Assembly (NCBI GenBank): GCA_964016885.1
Contig: OZ024749.1
Span: forward strand, 28,024,001-28,088,000
DNA length: 64,000 bases
Direction of reading: 5' to 3'
From: Eledone cirrhosa
Taxonomy: Eukaryota
In this document: in pieces, positions 37,385 through 51,407 of the stretch
Position numbering within the stretch: position 1 is the first letter of the stretch
How the letters are laid out: each line of letters starts with the position of its first letter
Made by a program: the position numbers and the translations under genes
Notes under the pieces: generated by a model
Told to the model about the DNA's origin: nothing
Seen by the model: the letters and a program-made list of their open reading frames with translations, nothing else
Database searches by the model: none

Positions 37385-39135
37385 ACCACCACACCACCAT
37401 ACTACACCACACCACCACACTACACTACACCACACTACACTACACCACACCACACTACACTACACCACAGTGCAGCACAGCACAGAACACCACACCACAG
37501 CACACCACACTACACCATACTACACCACACCACCACACCACACTACACCACACCACACTACACTACACCACAGTGCAGCACAGCACAGAACACCACACCA
37601 CACCACAGCACAGAACACCACACCACAGCACACCACACTACACCATACTACACCACACCACCACACCACACTACACCACACCACACTACACTACACCACA
37701 GTGCAGCACAGCACAGAACACCACACCACAGCACACCACACTACACCATACTACACCACACCACACTACACCACACTACACTACATCACAGCACACCACA
37801 CTACACCATACTACACCACAGCACAGCACAGCACAGCACACCACACTACATCACAGCACACTAAACTACACCACAGCACAGCACACCATCACCACACCAC
37901 ACCACCACACTACACTACAGCACAACACACTACTACACAACACCACACCACACCATACCATACCACATCACATCACATCACACTATACTACACTACACCA
38001 CACCACACTACACCACAGCACACCACATCACTACACCACACCACATCACTACACCACACTACACTGCACCACACCACCATACCACACTACACTACACTAC
38101 ACTACACCACACCACACAACCACAGCACATTACACTACAGTGCAGCACACTACACCACACACTACACACCACACTTCACAACCACTACTACACCACCACC
38201 ACCATACCACACACTACACTACCACACTACACTACCACACTACACTACACCCCACCACACTTCACACCACTACTACACCACCATACCACACACTACACTA
38301 CCACACTACACCACACACTACACACCACACTTCACAACTACACCACCACCACCATACCACACACTACACTACCACACTACACTACACTATACTACACTAC
38401 ACCCCAACCACACTTCACACCACTACTACACCACCATACCACACACTACACTACACCACACTGCACTTCACACCACTACTACACCACCATACCACACACT
38501 ACACTACCACACTACACTACACTATACTACACTACACCCCAACCACACTTCACACCACTACTACACCACCATACCACACACTGCACTACACCACACTACA
38601 CTTCACACCACTACTACACCACCATACCACACACTACACTACCACACTACACTGCACTATACTAACACCACACACTACACACCACACACTTCACACCACT
38701 ACTACACCACCATACAACACACCACTACTACACCACCATACCACACACTACACTACCACACTACACTACACTATACTACACTACACCCCAACCACACTTC
38801 ACACCACTACTACACCACCATACCACACACTACACTACACCACACTACACTTCACACCACTACTACACCACCATACCACACACTACACTACCACACTACA
38901 CTGCACTATACTAACACCACACACTACACACCACACACTTCACACCACTACTACACCACCATACAACACACCACTACTACACCACCATACCACACACTAC
39001 ACTACCACACTACACTGCACTATACTACACCACACACTACACACCACACACTTCACACCACTACTACACCACCATACAACACACACACCACCACCACCAC
39101 CACCAGCACCATACCACCCCACCACACCACATCAT
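37385..39135. repeat. (CACTA/CACCA)n-derived compound repeat with larger duplicated blocks
   Basis: Direct reading; explains the His/Thr/Tyr ORFs. Confidence 0.9.
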
Positions 39136-39652
39136 ATCATATCTTATCTTACTTTACTCTTTAAATGTTATTTCAAATTCTTTAAAAGGAATGTGCTGAC
39201 GTAAAATCTCGCATCAGTATTTTGTATAAGTTGATATTTCATCATATTATTGTTGAGTTTTTCTTCTCTTTCCTTTTACCCTTCTCAGTAATCTTACAAT
39301 GGTAACAATAGCAATAGTGCTGCCCAAAAGCCCTCCAACGCTCACACTACACTCGTTCAGCCAACTAAACCCTGTCTCTATTATTTTAAATCTGCTTTAC
39401 CTTTCAACATGGATTCTCACCTATTTTAATACATTTTTTTTTCTGTTTTATTCGTTTAGTTTTGTTATGTTTTGTTTTGTTTTGTTTTGTTTTGTTTTAT
39501 TTTATTTTATTTTATTTTATTTTTCTTCTTATTCTTTTTCTTTTTATTATTATTTTTTTTTTTACTTGTTGTACTTTGTATTAACAGTCACGGAAACACA
39601 CACATATATATATATGTGTATGTATATATATGTGTATATGTATGTATATATG

Positions 39653-39700
<48 letters not shown>

Positions 39701-39725
39701 TATCTACACATATACATACATATAT

Positions 39726-39842
<117 letters not shown>

Positions 39843-40000
39843 ATATATATGTACATATATACATACATATATATACACATATATATATACATATATACAT
39901 ATACATACACATATACATATATACATATACATACACATATCCATATATATATAAATAAAGATGTACAAATGAAACCTTCTTTCTTGTTTATTATTATTAT

Positions 40001-40031
<31 letters not shown>

Positions 40032-40035
40032 TATA

Positions 40036-40122
40036 TAGGTTGTCTTAAAAAATGTATACACCATTCTAATAAATTTTGCCTGTATAGGTAATCAAAGTGT
40101 ATACATTTTTTGGGACACCCTG
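40036..40122. mobile_element. 87-bp Tc1/mariner-type mini-MITE
   Basis: TIR (C)AGGGTGTCCCAAAAAATGTATACAC at both ends, TA flanks. Confidence 0.7.
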
Positions 40123-40140
40123 TACATATATATATATATA

Positions 40141-40477
40141 CAGTGGAACCCCAGTCCACAAACTTAATTTGTTCCTGAAGGCCATTCATCACCCAAAATG
40201 TTTGTAAGCCAAAACTATTTTTCCTATATGGAATATTGATGGAGAAATACAGTGAGGGATAGACTGTGTGTGAAAGGCAGATAGATATCACCATAGTAAC
40301 TAACTACACAACAAGTGATGCTTTCTCACCAATACTCCAAGCTTGTTGCCAACTGCTGTTGCTGGCTAGCAAGTTCATTACTCGAGACACCATTTGTCAG
40401 ATGTTTTACGTTTGAAAAGATTGTTCATGAAATGGTTTGTTCGTGATGAGAGCCATTCATGAACTGAGGTTCCACTG
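40141..40477. mobile_element. pogo/Tigger-type MITE
   Basis: TA-CAGTGGAACCCCAGTCCAC...ATGAACTGAGGTTCCACTG-TA. Confidence 0.8.
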
Positions 40478-40504
40478 TATATATCTATCTATCTAGGGTG
40501 GGTA

Positions 40505-40835
40505 AAATTCCCGAGATCCATGGACAAGTTCTCTCTAGCGGTCTCTGTCCCTCATCACCGCTACCATGTCCTGCGTCTCCAAGAGACCAGTGTCTGTCCT
40601 TAGGGCATCAACATATGTCAACCTCGGTCTCCCTCTTTTAGTGTGTCCATGCAGGGGTTACCACAGGAGCACTGAGTGCAGTGTCAACTCTGGATGTCGG
40701 TGAGCATGTCCAGCTAACCTCAGTCTCCTCTGTGCTACTTTCGAGCTGACTTTTGGGAGGCTCCCGTAAGGCTCTGAGTTCTTCATCCTCAGTGTATACT
40801 GGTTAATGTTCAGAGTCATCCTCAGCATTCTTGTA
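40505..40835 (-). mobile_element. RTE-group LINE C-terminal fragment of a distinct family
   Basis: TRMLRMTLNI..QRRLRLAGHAHRH..VLLW*PLHGHTKRGRPRLTYVDAL..MRDR. Confidence 0.75.
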
Positions 40836-40847
40836 TATATATATATA

Positions 40848-41030
40848 TGTAGGAAGATGCAGTAGAGAAAGACCACAGAAAACGTAGGTGGAGGTGGTGA
40901 GAACAGATCTCAAATCGCTGAATCTCTCAGTGGAGATAACGAAGGACCATGACAAATGAAGAGATGCTGTGCTGAATAGGACCCGTCCCACCTTGCAAGC
41001 AGGGAAAAGCGGACGTAAAATGATGATGAT
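40848..41030 (+). mobile_element. RTE family C 3' end (likely donor of the SINE short tail)
   Basis: RERPQKT*VEVVRTDL..RDAVLNRTRP, then CCCGTCCCACCTTGCAAGCAGGGAAAAGCGGACGTAAAATGATGAT. Confidence 0.75.
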
Positions 41031-41153
41031 ATATATATAGCAATAATAATAAATGTGAAGAATAAAATCAGAAGAGGGCTCGATAAGGGTAATAAATATA
41101 TGAAAACTATATAAAAAACCGTAGAGAAAATATTTATTAAAATAACAGATTAA

Positions 41154-41204
41154 AGTTTAAGCAAAGAATTGCTGCTTTCACCCTTAACGGGATCTTCTGA
41201 AACT
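41154..41204 (-). ncRNA. Type I hammerhead ribozyme relic
   Basis: AGTTT-CAGAAGA-TCCC-GTTAA-GGGT-GAAAGCA-GCAATTCTT-TGCTT/AAACT. All three stems are present, with a U4-to-A change and a T-T mismatch at the base of stem II; AATAAA downstream; homologue at ~10410-10500. Confidence 0.5.
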
Positions 41205-41259
41205 AAAAAAAAAATGTTTATATACATATATATATATATATATATTTATAAAGATATAT

Positions 41260-42528
41260 ATCAAAAGGCCTTAAAATTAACCTGCCTAAGACTAAAGTTC
41301 TAGTTTGTAGGAAGGAAAATAGGGCACCGGTCCCATCCGGGAAATGGCCATGCTCAGTGTGTAGGAAAGGAGTAGGTAGAAACTCCATTTTATGTCCCAA
41401 ATGCAAAGTATGGGTGCATAAAAGATGTAGTGGGATCACAGGTAAGCTAACTAAGAACATAGATTTTATATGTGGCCGGTGCTCTGGTGCAATAAGTAGC
41501 AGCAAGTGCCCACAGAATACTAGCTCATTCCATTGCACAGATGGTTCTATAGAAATAGTGGACACCTTCCGTTACTTGGGTGACAAAATCAGCAGTGGTG
41601 GAGGGTGCTCTGAAAGTACAGTAGTTAGAGTCAGAACTGGATGGAAAAAGTTCAGAGAGCTTATGCCACTATTAGCCGCTAAAGGGTTCTCTCTAAAAAT
41701 GAAAGGCAGGCTGTATGATGCCTGCATAAGAACAGCAATGTTACATGGCAGTGAGACCTGGGCATTGTGTGCAGAGGATATACGCAGACTGGAGAGGAAT
41801 GAAGCTTGCATGCTCCGCTGGATGTGTAATAGTAATATACGCGAACGGCAAAGCATAAACGAACTAAGGGAAACATTAGAAATAAGAGGGATCAGATGTT
41901 GTTCACTCGAGAGAAGACTACGTTGGTATGGTCACGTGATGCGCATGAAAGACGACAGCTGTGTAAAAAAAGTGCAGGGCAATAAAAATAGACGGTAGCC
42001 ACGGAGTAGGCAGACCCAGAAAAACCTGGGACGATTTGATAAATTCCGACCTCACACACTTACACCTCTCCAAGACAATGTCACTGAACCGAGATCTTTG
42101 GCGCTACACAGTAATACAGAAGACCTGCCTTACCTAAGTACAAAGTGAAACCTACTACAGTCAGTAGGCACCTCTAACAAAAATACACCCCCGTCCCACT
42201 ACCCCCACCCCATCCACACCACCCCTTTCAATGTAAAGTTATGTTGGTACCACAACATCCAGTCCTAAATAAATGAGGTTGTGTAGGTGTCACGACAAAA
42301 ACACACACAGTCCACGCTGTAATGTGGCCGTGTAGGTAACACGGTAAAAACCTCCCAGTCCTCACTGTAAACGTGGTTGGTGTTAGGAAGGGCATCCAGC
42401 CGTAGAAAACCCGCCAGACAGTCCTATGCGAGCAAGACAACCACTCTTGCCTCAAGTGGGACAACTCCCGTCCAAACCCATGCAAGCATGGAAGATGGAC
42501 GTTAAACGATGATGATGATGATGATGAT
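41260..42528 (+). mobile_element. 5'-truncated RTE family A LINE with a PHD-type finger in ORF2
   Basis: KTKVL..CSVC..CPKC..WVHKRC..CGRC..FRYLG..KGRLYDACIRTAMLHGSETW..RLRWYGHV..GRPRKTW; 3' UTR; (GAT)n. Confidence 0.95.
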
Positions 42529-42884
42529 ATAACACAGTAAAGAGAGAAACACACATATATACATATATATGTGTACAAATCTTCAGTGTACAAGACTTCT
42601 AATGAATTTTAGTAGTGATGAGTGTATTGATTTGGACATCCATTTATAAGTAATACCAGGTCTATATATCTCATTACTGAATTGCGAAACAGTTCTACTT
42701 TGAAACTGTCTGGATGTTAATAGTTATTATACTCAGTTTGTATATCTTAATTTATCTTTTTAATTGAGTTCTGTGAACCATACTATCTTAGTTAATATAT
42801 TTGTCACCCTGGCAGTTTTGTATCCCTTATGATTTGAACAAATATATATGTATGTATGTGTGTTTCTCTCTTAAATGTGTTATA
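42528..42884. mobile_element. Inverted-end element with a weak hammerhead-like relic
   Basis: Arms ~42528-42581 and ~42831-42884; internal AGTA-GTGATGA...GAAACAGTTC/TACT at 42611-42699. Confidence 0.45.
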
Positions 42885-43981
42885 AACAGCTCGGATTTTC
42901 TTCCTAGACATTATTTGATTATAAGGGAATATTGTGAGTTTTTAACTCAGCATTTTAATTTTTATAAAGATATATATATATATAAATGAAGAAAAACTGT
43001 AAAACAAGGGACTAAATCCTACATTGCCTTAATTGTATACTCCATCAGACTATTGTGGTTTATTCCAAGAAACATCTGGCATCATTGGAGCATATATAGC
43101 TTCACTTTCTTGTGGAAGGGACAGTTTCTAAGAGTCTTAAAGTTTATCTGCTGTCAATTCCCACTACAAGAGTGGAACTCTTTTAATACAAAACTGCTTA
43201 AGACTGCTCCCAGTTCTACAATAGACATCTGTCTTGGAACTCTTTTGATACCAAACTACCTGAAACTTTACAATAAAAACTGTATATTTTATCAAAAAAA
43301 CCTATCATAATTTTGTGTAAGAATATTTATAGAGTTGCTCTTTACATTCTGAGTCCAAATCCCGCCGAGGTTAGCTTTGTCTTTCATCCTTAAAGGGTCG
43401 ATAAAATAAAGTACCAGTAACATACTGAGATTGATTTAATCAACTTTCCCTTCCCCCAAAATTGCTGGCCTTGTGCCTAAATCAGAAGCAATTATCATTA
43501 TTATCCTCCTTTAAAAAGTACAGGCATGTTACCTATACATTTTTCACCTTTATTTTCTAGCTTCCTCCCCCAATATAAAATAATCTTACAAGAATTTTAT
43601 TAAGTCTTTAATATAAAAAAAAAAACTAGTTTAAAAACAAACTGAATGGAATTTTAAAACTCAAAGAGAGAGAGAGAGAGGGGGGAGATGGACAGTGACG
43701 GACAGAGAGAGAAAGAGAGCAAGAAAGATTTCACAAAGGTATTTTATTTTATTGAGAAGAAGAAGAAGAAGATGGTAGAAGGGGAAGGAGAAGAAGAAGG
43801 GGAAGATGGTAGAAGGGGAAGGAGAAGAAGAAGGGGAAGATGGATACAGAGAGGGAGGGAGAGAGAAAAAGAGAGAGAAAGAGGATAATGTTAGTATAAA
43901 AACCTTTAATTATGTTTTAGTTTACTGTAAAGATAGCTAACAGATAAACGTTGCCCTCAGCAATTTTAGGAGATACAACTG

Positions 43982-43997
43982 CAGACAGGGGGCGCTG
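43982..43997 (+). promoter_or_regulatory. CTCF-like motif
   Basis: CAGACAGGGGGCGCTG matches the CAGRKGGCRSY core, in a non-repetitive island. Confidence 0.4.
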
Positions 43998-44028
43998 TCT
44001 TCTCTCAATTGGCTTTAGACACACATAC

Positions 44029-44081
<53 letters not shown>

Positions 44082-44961
44082 AACACATACATACATAATG
44101 CATACACACATACATAATACATACACATCTACATAATACATACACATACTCACATATGTATACAAACACACACACATATACCTCTTTTTACCCCCAAAAA
44201 CAGATTTTCAAAGGATTCATCAGTTTTGTAAAAGCTTTTATTTTGCTGTTTTGTAACAAATGGGTTTTTGTTTGTGTTGGTTTATTTAAATTATGTGTTT
44301 AAACAAACAAACTAAGGAATTACAAATACAAGTTGTTCATGGAACTTATAGGAACTTTCTTACATAACGGTTTCTTTCTGGATTTATTCATAAATCTGCT
44401 TGGATTAAAAGTGTACATTCATCTCACAAGTAAGAGCCAGGTGCGTATGACAATTTCAAGGTGTAGTGTGTATTGTTGTTGGTGTGTGTGTGTGTTTTGA
44501 TGGGTTTTTTTAGTGGGGAGATAGATTTTTTCTTTTTACTAACATTAAAACAAATTGATGAAAGAATTACAGAAATTATTTGGAACTTATATCACAGTTT
44601 CTTTCTTGGATTAAACATTTATATTCGTCACATGTCACATTCAGGTGTGTATCAAATTTGAAGGTGATGTAAGGTGTAAAAGTATAGAGGTACAATGTAA
44701 AAAGACAGCAGTTCCTATTATTTCTCTCATTCTTTCTCCAACCATCTATCTATCCATACACCCACCTAAAGCCATCCATCCATCCATCTTTTTCTCTCCA
44801 TATTCTACAAATTGGTCTTTCAAATGACAATGGGTCTTTTAAAACCAAAGGATATTTATTTACCTGGATTTTTAATCTCATTTATCAAACATACCATTTC
44901 TATTATTGGATGAAAGTAAAGGTGAGTATATATATACAATCATACATATATACATACATAT

Positions 44962-45047
<86 letters not shown>

Positions 45048-45357
45048 GACAGGAGTAGAAGACAAAAGAATCACAAAATATGGCAAAAAATGGAAGAAAT
45101 TAAAATGAAAAAAAAACCCCAACAATATAAGAAGAAAAAGGAGACCATTTTAAAAATCTGTTGTTAATGAAGATAGTTGATTAATTATTTTAATGAGGAA
45201 ACACCTGAATGGTCATAACACTTTGGTTTACAAAAAGGAGGTTACTAAAACCAGTGGTATTACACTCTGTAACCCTTTACATTATCTGTACATACTTACT
45301 ATTATATATATATACACACATACATACACATACATGTATATATAGTGGCAAATAAAG

Positions 45358-45442
<85 letters not shown>

Positions 45443-45575
45443 CATACATGTATATATACATATATATATATACATTATATCTATATATCTATACATATAC
45501 CCAAGGCTGGTGCCCCAGCATGGCCTCAGCCGGATGGCTGGAACAGGTACAAGAGTAAAAGAGTAATATATATCT

Positions 45576-45628
<53 letters not shown>

Positions 45629-45806
45629 CATACATACATATACATATATATATATATACATTATATCTATACATCTATCTATCTATATATAAATATATAT
45701 TTATATATATATATACATTCACACACATGCACACACACGTGCGCACACACACACACATAATATATTTGTTTTGCAAGGTTTTTGATATGATCATGTGTTG
45801 AAACAA

Positions 45807-46129
45807 ATATTTTTATATTTGGGTAGGGTCATATTGTTATAATATTGCCAGAAATATATAATAGACATTACAATAGAACAGGAGCAACCACAATAGTACC
45901 ACTGCTGATGTCACAGGTGTGTGATGAAAGAATTTCAGTAGACTATATATATATATATTTATATCTATATTTTTAACTGTTGGTCAATCAATGATAAACA
46001 TTGATTGCCAGCTAAATTAACTATAAGAATATATATGGAAGTGAAAACCAATCCAAACCAAACAGTGAGTGTTTTTTATTATTTCTGGCAATATTATAAC
46101 AATATGACCCTCCCCTAATATAACAATAT
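45807..46129. mobile_element. Inverted-end element, family F1 relative
   Basis: Arms 45807-45856 and 46080-46129; the right part is homologous to ~2590-2770. Confidence 0.6.
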
Positions 46130-46131
46130 AT

Positions 46132-46192
<61 letters not shown>

Positions 46193-47954
46193 AATTCCTT
46201 ATCTACTTTTAGTGTTTGTTCATGGTTGACATGTGAAACCAAAATGAATAGACAGGTGAGGTGTCTTCTTTGGACACACCTGAACCTGTGTAAATTATTA
46301 ATCAAAAGATGTTGCTGTTAATTGTGAAATATTTATACCAAAATATACCTGGATACCTTTTACAATATGGAAGAACTTGACAGTTTCACACACTGTAGGA
46401 ATTTTACAACTGGATAAAGGTAAGTACAGAATGGGGAATTTCGAGGTGTACAGGTGTGTGTGTACAGGGGTGTGTTTGCATACAGATGTGTTTATGTGTA
46501 TAAGTGTGTGTATATATGTGTACAGGGGTATGTATGTATGTGTATAGGTGTGTGGATATTGTTGTATGTGTGTTTATATAGGTGTGTGTGTGTGTGAGAG
46601 AGAACACGTGTGTGTGTGTGTATGAGTGTGAACAGGGGTGTGTGTATCAAGTGTGTGTGAACAGGTGTGTGTGTGTATGTGTAGACACTGTAGGAGTTTT
46701 ACAACCGGATAAAGGTAAGTACAGAATGGGGAATTATGTATGTACAGATGTATACAGGTGTATGTGTACGTACAGGGGTGTGTATGTGTATAGGTGTGTG
46801 TGTACATGTGTGTATGTGTGTACAGGGGTGTGTATGTGTATATTGTTGTATGTGTGTGCATATATAGTTGTGTGTGCCTGTACAGCTGTGTGTATATGTG
46901 TGTGTCTGTACAGGAGACTGTGTGTATTTCTATGTGTAGAGGACTGTATGAGTGTATACGTCTGTATGTCTGTGTGTGTGAGTGTATATGTCTGTGTGTG
47001 TGAGTGTATACGTCTGTATGTCTGTGTGTGTGAGTGTATACGTCTGTATGTCTGTGTGTGTGAGTGTATATGTCTGTGTGTGTGAGTGTATACGTCTGTA
47101 TGTCTGTGTGTGTGAGTGTATACGTCTGTATGTCTGTGTGTGTGTGTCTCACTGTGAATATGTCTGCGTGTGTGTGTGTCTATCTATCTGTGTGTGTGTC
47201 TCTCTGTGTATATGTCTGCATCTGTGAATGTGTGTGTCTGGCTCTGTGTGTATCTGTCTATCAGTGTGTGTCAATGTATGTGTGTGTGTCTCTATGTGTG
47301 TGAATGTGTATGTATATTTGTGTGTGTGTGCATCTGTCTGTCTATCTATGCATGTGTGTGTCTCTATATCTATCTGTGTGAGTGTGTATGTATGTGTTTG
47401 TGTTTATCTGTGTGAGTGTTATGCCTGTGTGTCTATATCTGTCTGTGTGAGTATGTATGTCTGTCTATATCTGTGTGTGTGTCTCTGTACCTCTGTATGT
47501 GTGTGTGTGTGTATCTATATCTATCAGTATGAGTGTGTATGTCTGTATGTGTTTATCTATCTGTGTTTCTCCCTGTGTATGTTACTGTGTGTGTGTGTGT
47601 GTCTATATCTGTGTGTGTCTCTGTACCTCTGTATGTATGTGTGTGTATTTATATCTATCAGTATGTATGTGTCTCTGTACCTCTGTATGTGTGTGTGTGT
47701 ATTTATATCTATCAGTATGTATGTGTCTCTGTACCTCTGTGTATGTGTGTATGTGTGTATCTGTATGTCAGCTAGCCAATACACTCTACAAAAGACACAG
47801 TCCATGACTCCTCACCCTTTATCTCGTTAGCTAGATTAACCTGGATCTTTTCACTCATACATATTCGGCCACGTGCACAGCACACACACACACGCACAAA
47901 TTATTTCACACCTGCATAAATATGCTTATACACACTCATACATACATACATACA

Positions 47955-48230
47955 TGGTGGTTGACCCCTCGTTATCGAGTATGGCCATTGCACGATATAA
48001 CATTATTAATAATTAATAATTAATTCTATCGTGCAATGCCTGTGCCTGAAGATATTTTTTAAAGTGAGGAAAGACTGTGCACTGAGCCAATCCCACTCTC
48101 TGAACAACAGTAACTATAGCCCGAAAAGAAGCAAAGATCAACATCATCGGTAACTACTGAGCTTCAGGTTTTATATTGGAGTTATCCCAGTTTCCTGAGT
48201 TGCCTTCTCCTAGAAGAATGCCCTGGTTTA
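47955..48230 (+). mobile_element. Probable RTE-type 5' UTR fragment
   Basis: ATGCCTGTGC.TGAA..TTTAA.GTG and GTTGCCTTCTCCTAG resemble RTE 5' UTRs from memory; internal hairpin CATTGCACGATA..TATCGTGCAATG. Confidence 0.4.
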
Positions 48231-48244
48231 ACATACACACAAGC

Positions 48245-49045
48245 TAGCTGTGGACAAGTGCACCACCATGCATTTTGGGAGTAAAAACCCAGCGTCCACA
48301 TACTCCCTCCACAGCACTAATATCAAGAAGTCTTCCTGTGAACGTGACCTGGGCATTACGGTCAGCAGCGATTTGCGTTGGACGAGGCACGTCTCTAAAA
48401 TTGTCAAGAGGGCCGAGGGTGTCTTAGCATCACTCAGCAAGACCTTTGTCAGCCGCTCTCCAGATATCTATTTAAGGCTGTATACAGCTATGGTGCGACC
48501 ACACTTAGAATTTGCATCACCAGTCTGGAACCCCTATCTTGCTCAGGACATTGACCGCCTGGAAACTGTTCAGAGACGTGCAACCAAGCGAATACCCTCC
48601 ATCAGGCATCTACCATACTCTGAGCGCCTTGCTTCCCTGGGCATGGATTCATTGAAGCTCCGACGCCTGGCAACTGACTTGGTAAACACCCACAAAATTG
48701 TTAACCATGTTGCCAACAACAACCCTGAGTGCCTTTTCGATTTCCATGTGTCTAACACACGTGGACATGCCCACAAAGTAAGAAAACAGCACAGTTCCCA
48801 TGACTTTCGGAAACATTTTTTCACGCTCAGAGTTGCTGAAATATGGAACAAACTACCTGCATCAGTTGTTAGCTGTCGAGACACTGCATCCTTTAAGGCC
48901 TCCATGCTTCCCGAGATCCGCCAACACTACAGCTAACACATACAAACATGTACTTCCCTGGCATTTGTGTATTATTCTATGTACTATATTGACGAGTTGT
49001 AGTGCACCTGAGCACTTTACACAATAATTTCATTATTATTATTAT
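48245..49045 (+). mobile_element. CR1-group LINE 3' fragment with intact frame
   Basis: 228-aa open frame (KCTTMHFG..ERDLGI..MVRPHLEFASPVWNP..TRGH..WNKLP); 3' hairpin; (ATT)n. Confidence 0.93.
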
Positions 49046-49116
49046 ATATACGTACAAACATACATAGATTCATACATACATATATATATACAAACACACA
49101 CAGATACACTTACTTG

Positions 49117-49367
49117 CATGAGAATATTTATGCCGAAGTAATGAGGAATTTGCAGATACTCTGCCCTGACTATACCTTTGGATTTGTACCTGTAATCATT
49201 GGGGCTCTGGGATATGTTACAAATCTTGAGTACAAATCCTCAGTACAAATCTTGAGAAGTTGGGTTTCACAGAACCAGAAAGAACACAACTAGTTAAGAA
49301 GTTACAAGTACAATCCATTAATGGAACTGTACAAATATTTAAGACATTTCAGAAATTCAGCATGTAA
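49117..49367 (+). mobile_element. R4/Dong-like (RLE-type) non-LTR retrotransposon C-terminal fragment
   Basis: ENIYAEVMRNLQIL..FVPVIIGALGYV..LQVQSINGTVQIFKTF resembles the end of the restriction-like endonuclease domain (K..KY..L..PVIIGALG). Confidence 0.65.
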
Positions 49368-49414
49368 TAATTGCATGTACACATGTATAGACTGAGAAAC
49401 ATATGCACATGTAC

Positions 49415-49849
49415 ATGGTTAGGTGGTTAGAGCATTGGACTTGCAATCAAAAGGTTGTGAGTTCAATTCTCAGACCAGGTGATGTGTTGTTTCCTTGAGC
49501 AAGACACTTTATTTCACATTGCTCCAGTTTACTCAGCTGTAGAAATGAGATGATAGGACTGGGGTCCCTATCATTCCACTGCAAAGTGGTTGTGGAGGTG
49601 CCACAGCAAAAAAGCACCAGCCCACACTGTAAAGTGGACGTGTAGGCGCCACTGAAAAAAAGCACCCAGCATTCACTGTAAATGAGGTTGGTGTTAGGAA
49701 GGGCATCCAGCTGTAGAAATCAAGCCAGAATCAGTTCCTGTATGAGCAAGACAAGGTCAGCCAACCAGACACTGCCCACAACAGGACAACCCATCTAACC
49801 CATGCTAGCGTGGAAGAACGGACATAAAACGGTGATGATGATGATGATG
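49415..49849 (+). mobile_element. tRNA-CORE SINE, long RTE-B tail
   Basis: Same family as 30068-30945, without the expansion. Confidence 0.85.
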
Positions 49850-50185
49850 ACACATTTAACTCAAAACATACAGCTCCACACATGCTATAACATCCATACA
49901 TGCACACACAAACACATACAAACATACATACGTATTTACCAAGTTGATGTTGTCTAAATTCCAATGAAAGAGTCTTGTATCTATGTTAGAAACTAGGTTC
50001 TCTCTATTGATAAAAGATTTATAAAATAGAACATACATACATATACATTCACTTGCATACATACATATATACATACATACATATACACTCACTTGCATAC
50101 ATACATATACACTCACTTGCATACATACATACATATACACAGACTTGTATACATACATATACACTCACTTGCATGCATATATATA

Positions 50186-51087
50186 AAGTACAGTAGCCAG
50201 AGTCAGAACGGGATGGAAAAGGTTCAGAGAGCTTATACCACTATTGGCCACTAAAGGTTTCTCTCTAAAAATGAAAGGCAGACTGTATGATGCCTGCATA
50301 CGAACAGCAATGTTACATGGCAGTGAGACATGGGCATTGTGTGCAGTGGATCGGCGCAGACTGGAGAGGAACGAAGCATGCATGCTCCGTTGATGTGTAA
50401 TAGTAATATACGTGAACGGCTAAGCATAAATGAATTAAGTGAGAAATTAGGAATACGAAGGATCAGATGCTGTTTACTCGAGAGAAGACTACGTTGGTAT
50501 GGTCACGTGATGCGCATGAAAGACGACAGCTGTATAAAAAAGTGCAGGATGATCAAAATTGATGGTAGTTACAGAGTAGGCAGACCCAGAAAAACCTGGG
50601 ACGATTTGATAAATTCCGACCTTACACACTTACACCTCTCTAAGACAATGTCACTGAACCGAGATCTTTGACGCTACACAGTAATACAGAAGACCCACCT
50701 TGCCTATGTACAAATCGAAACCTACAGTCAGTAGGCACCCCTTAACCAAATATACACTCCCATCCCACTACTCCTACTCCACCCCACCCCCATCAACACC
50801 ACCCCTTTCTCTGTAAAGTTATGTTGGTACCACAACATCCAGTCCTAAATAAATGAGGTTGTGTAGGTTTCATGACAAAAAAACACACAGTTCACGCTGT
50901 AATGTGGCTGTGTAGGTAACACGGTAAAAACCTCCCAGTCCACACTGTAAACGTGGTTGGTGTTAGGAAGGGCATCCAGCCATAGAAAAACTGCCTGACA
51001 GTCCGATATGAGCGAGACAACCAATCTTGCCTCAAGTGGGACAACTCCCATCTAAACCCATGCTAGCGTGGAAGATGGACGTTAAAC

Positions 51088-51123
<36 letters not shown>
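50186..51123 (+). mobile_element. RTE family A 3' fragment
   Basis: STVARVRTGWK..GSETW..RLRWYGHV..GRPRKTW; UTR; (GAT)n. Confidence 0.92.
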
Positions 51124-51407
51124 ACTTACATTATCACTACCACCACCTGTTTTACATGCTGAAATGAGATGGAGGAGTAGTCAGAGTTCTAAACTAGATG
51201 AATCTGAGGACTACACCATACTGACTGGTTCCATTTTTGGCATGGTTTCTACAGCAACAAACCCAACACATGATAACAATAGTATATTAGTTTAGTGCCT
51301 AAAGAAAGGAGTGAACGTATCTTAATGTTTCAGATACCTGTTCTTTATTGGACAAGTAAATAAAAAAAGAAGGTAAAATTTTACACATTCACACACACAA
51401 ACACATA

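Noticed and set aside
37180-39204. 674-aa His/Thr-rich ORF; also Pro/Thr and poly-Leu ORFs at 26899-30012
   Set aside because: Several frames are open at once because the repeats lack stop codons. No signal peptide or splice context.
43020-43270. Unique-looking segment with a minus-strand acceptor (85-aa ORF on plus)
   Set aside because: Stops in the minus frames I checked, no clear donor, and no recognisable protein.
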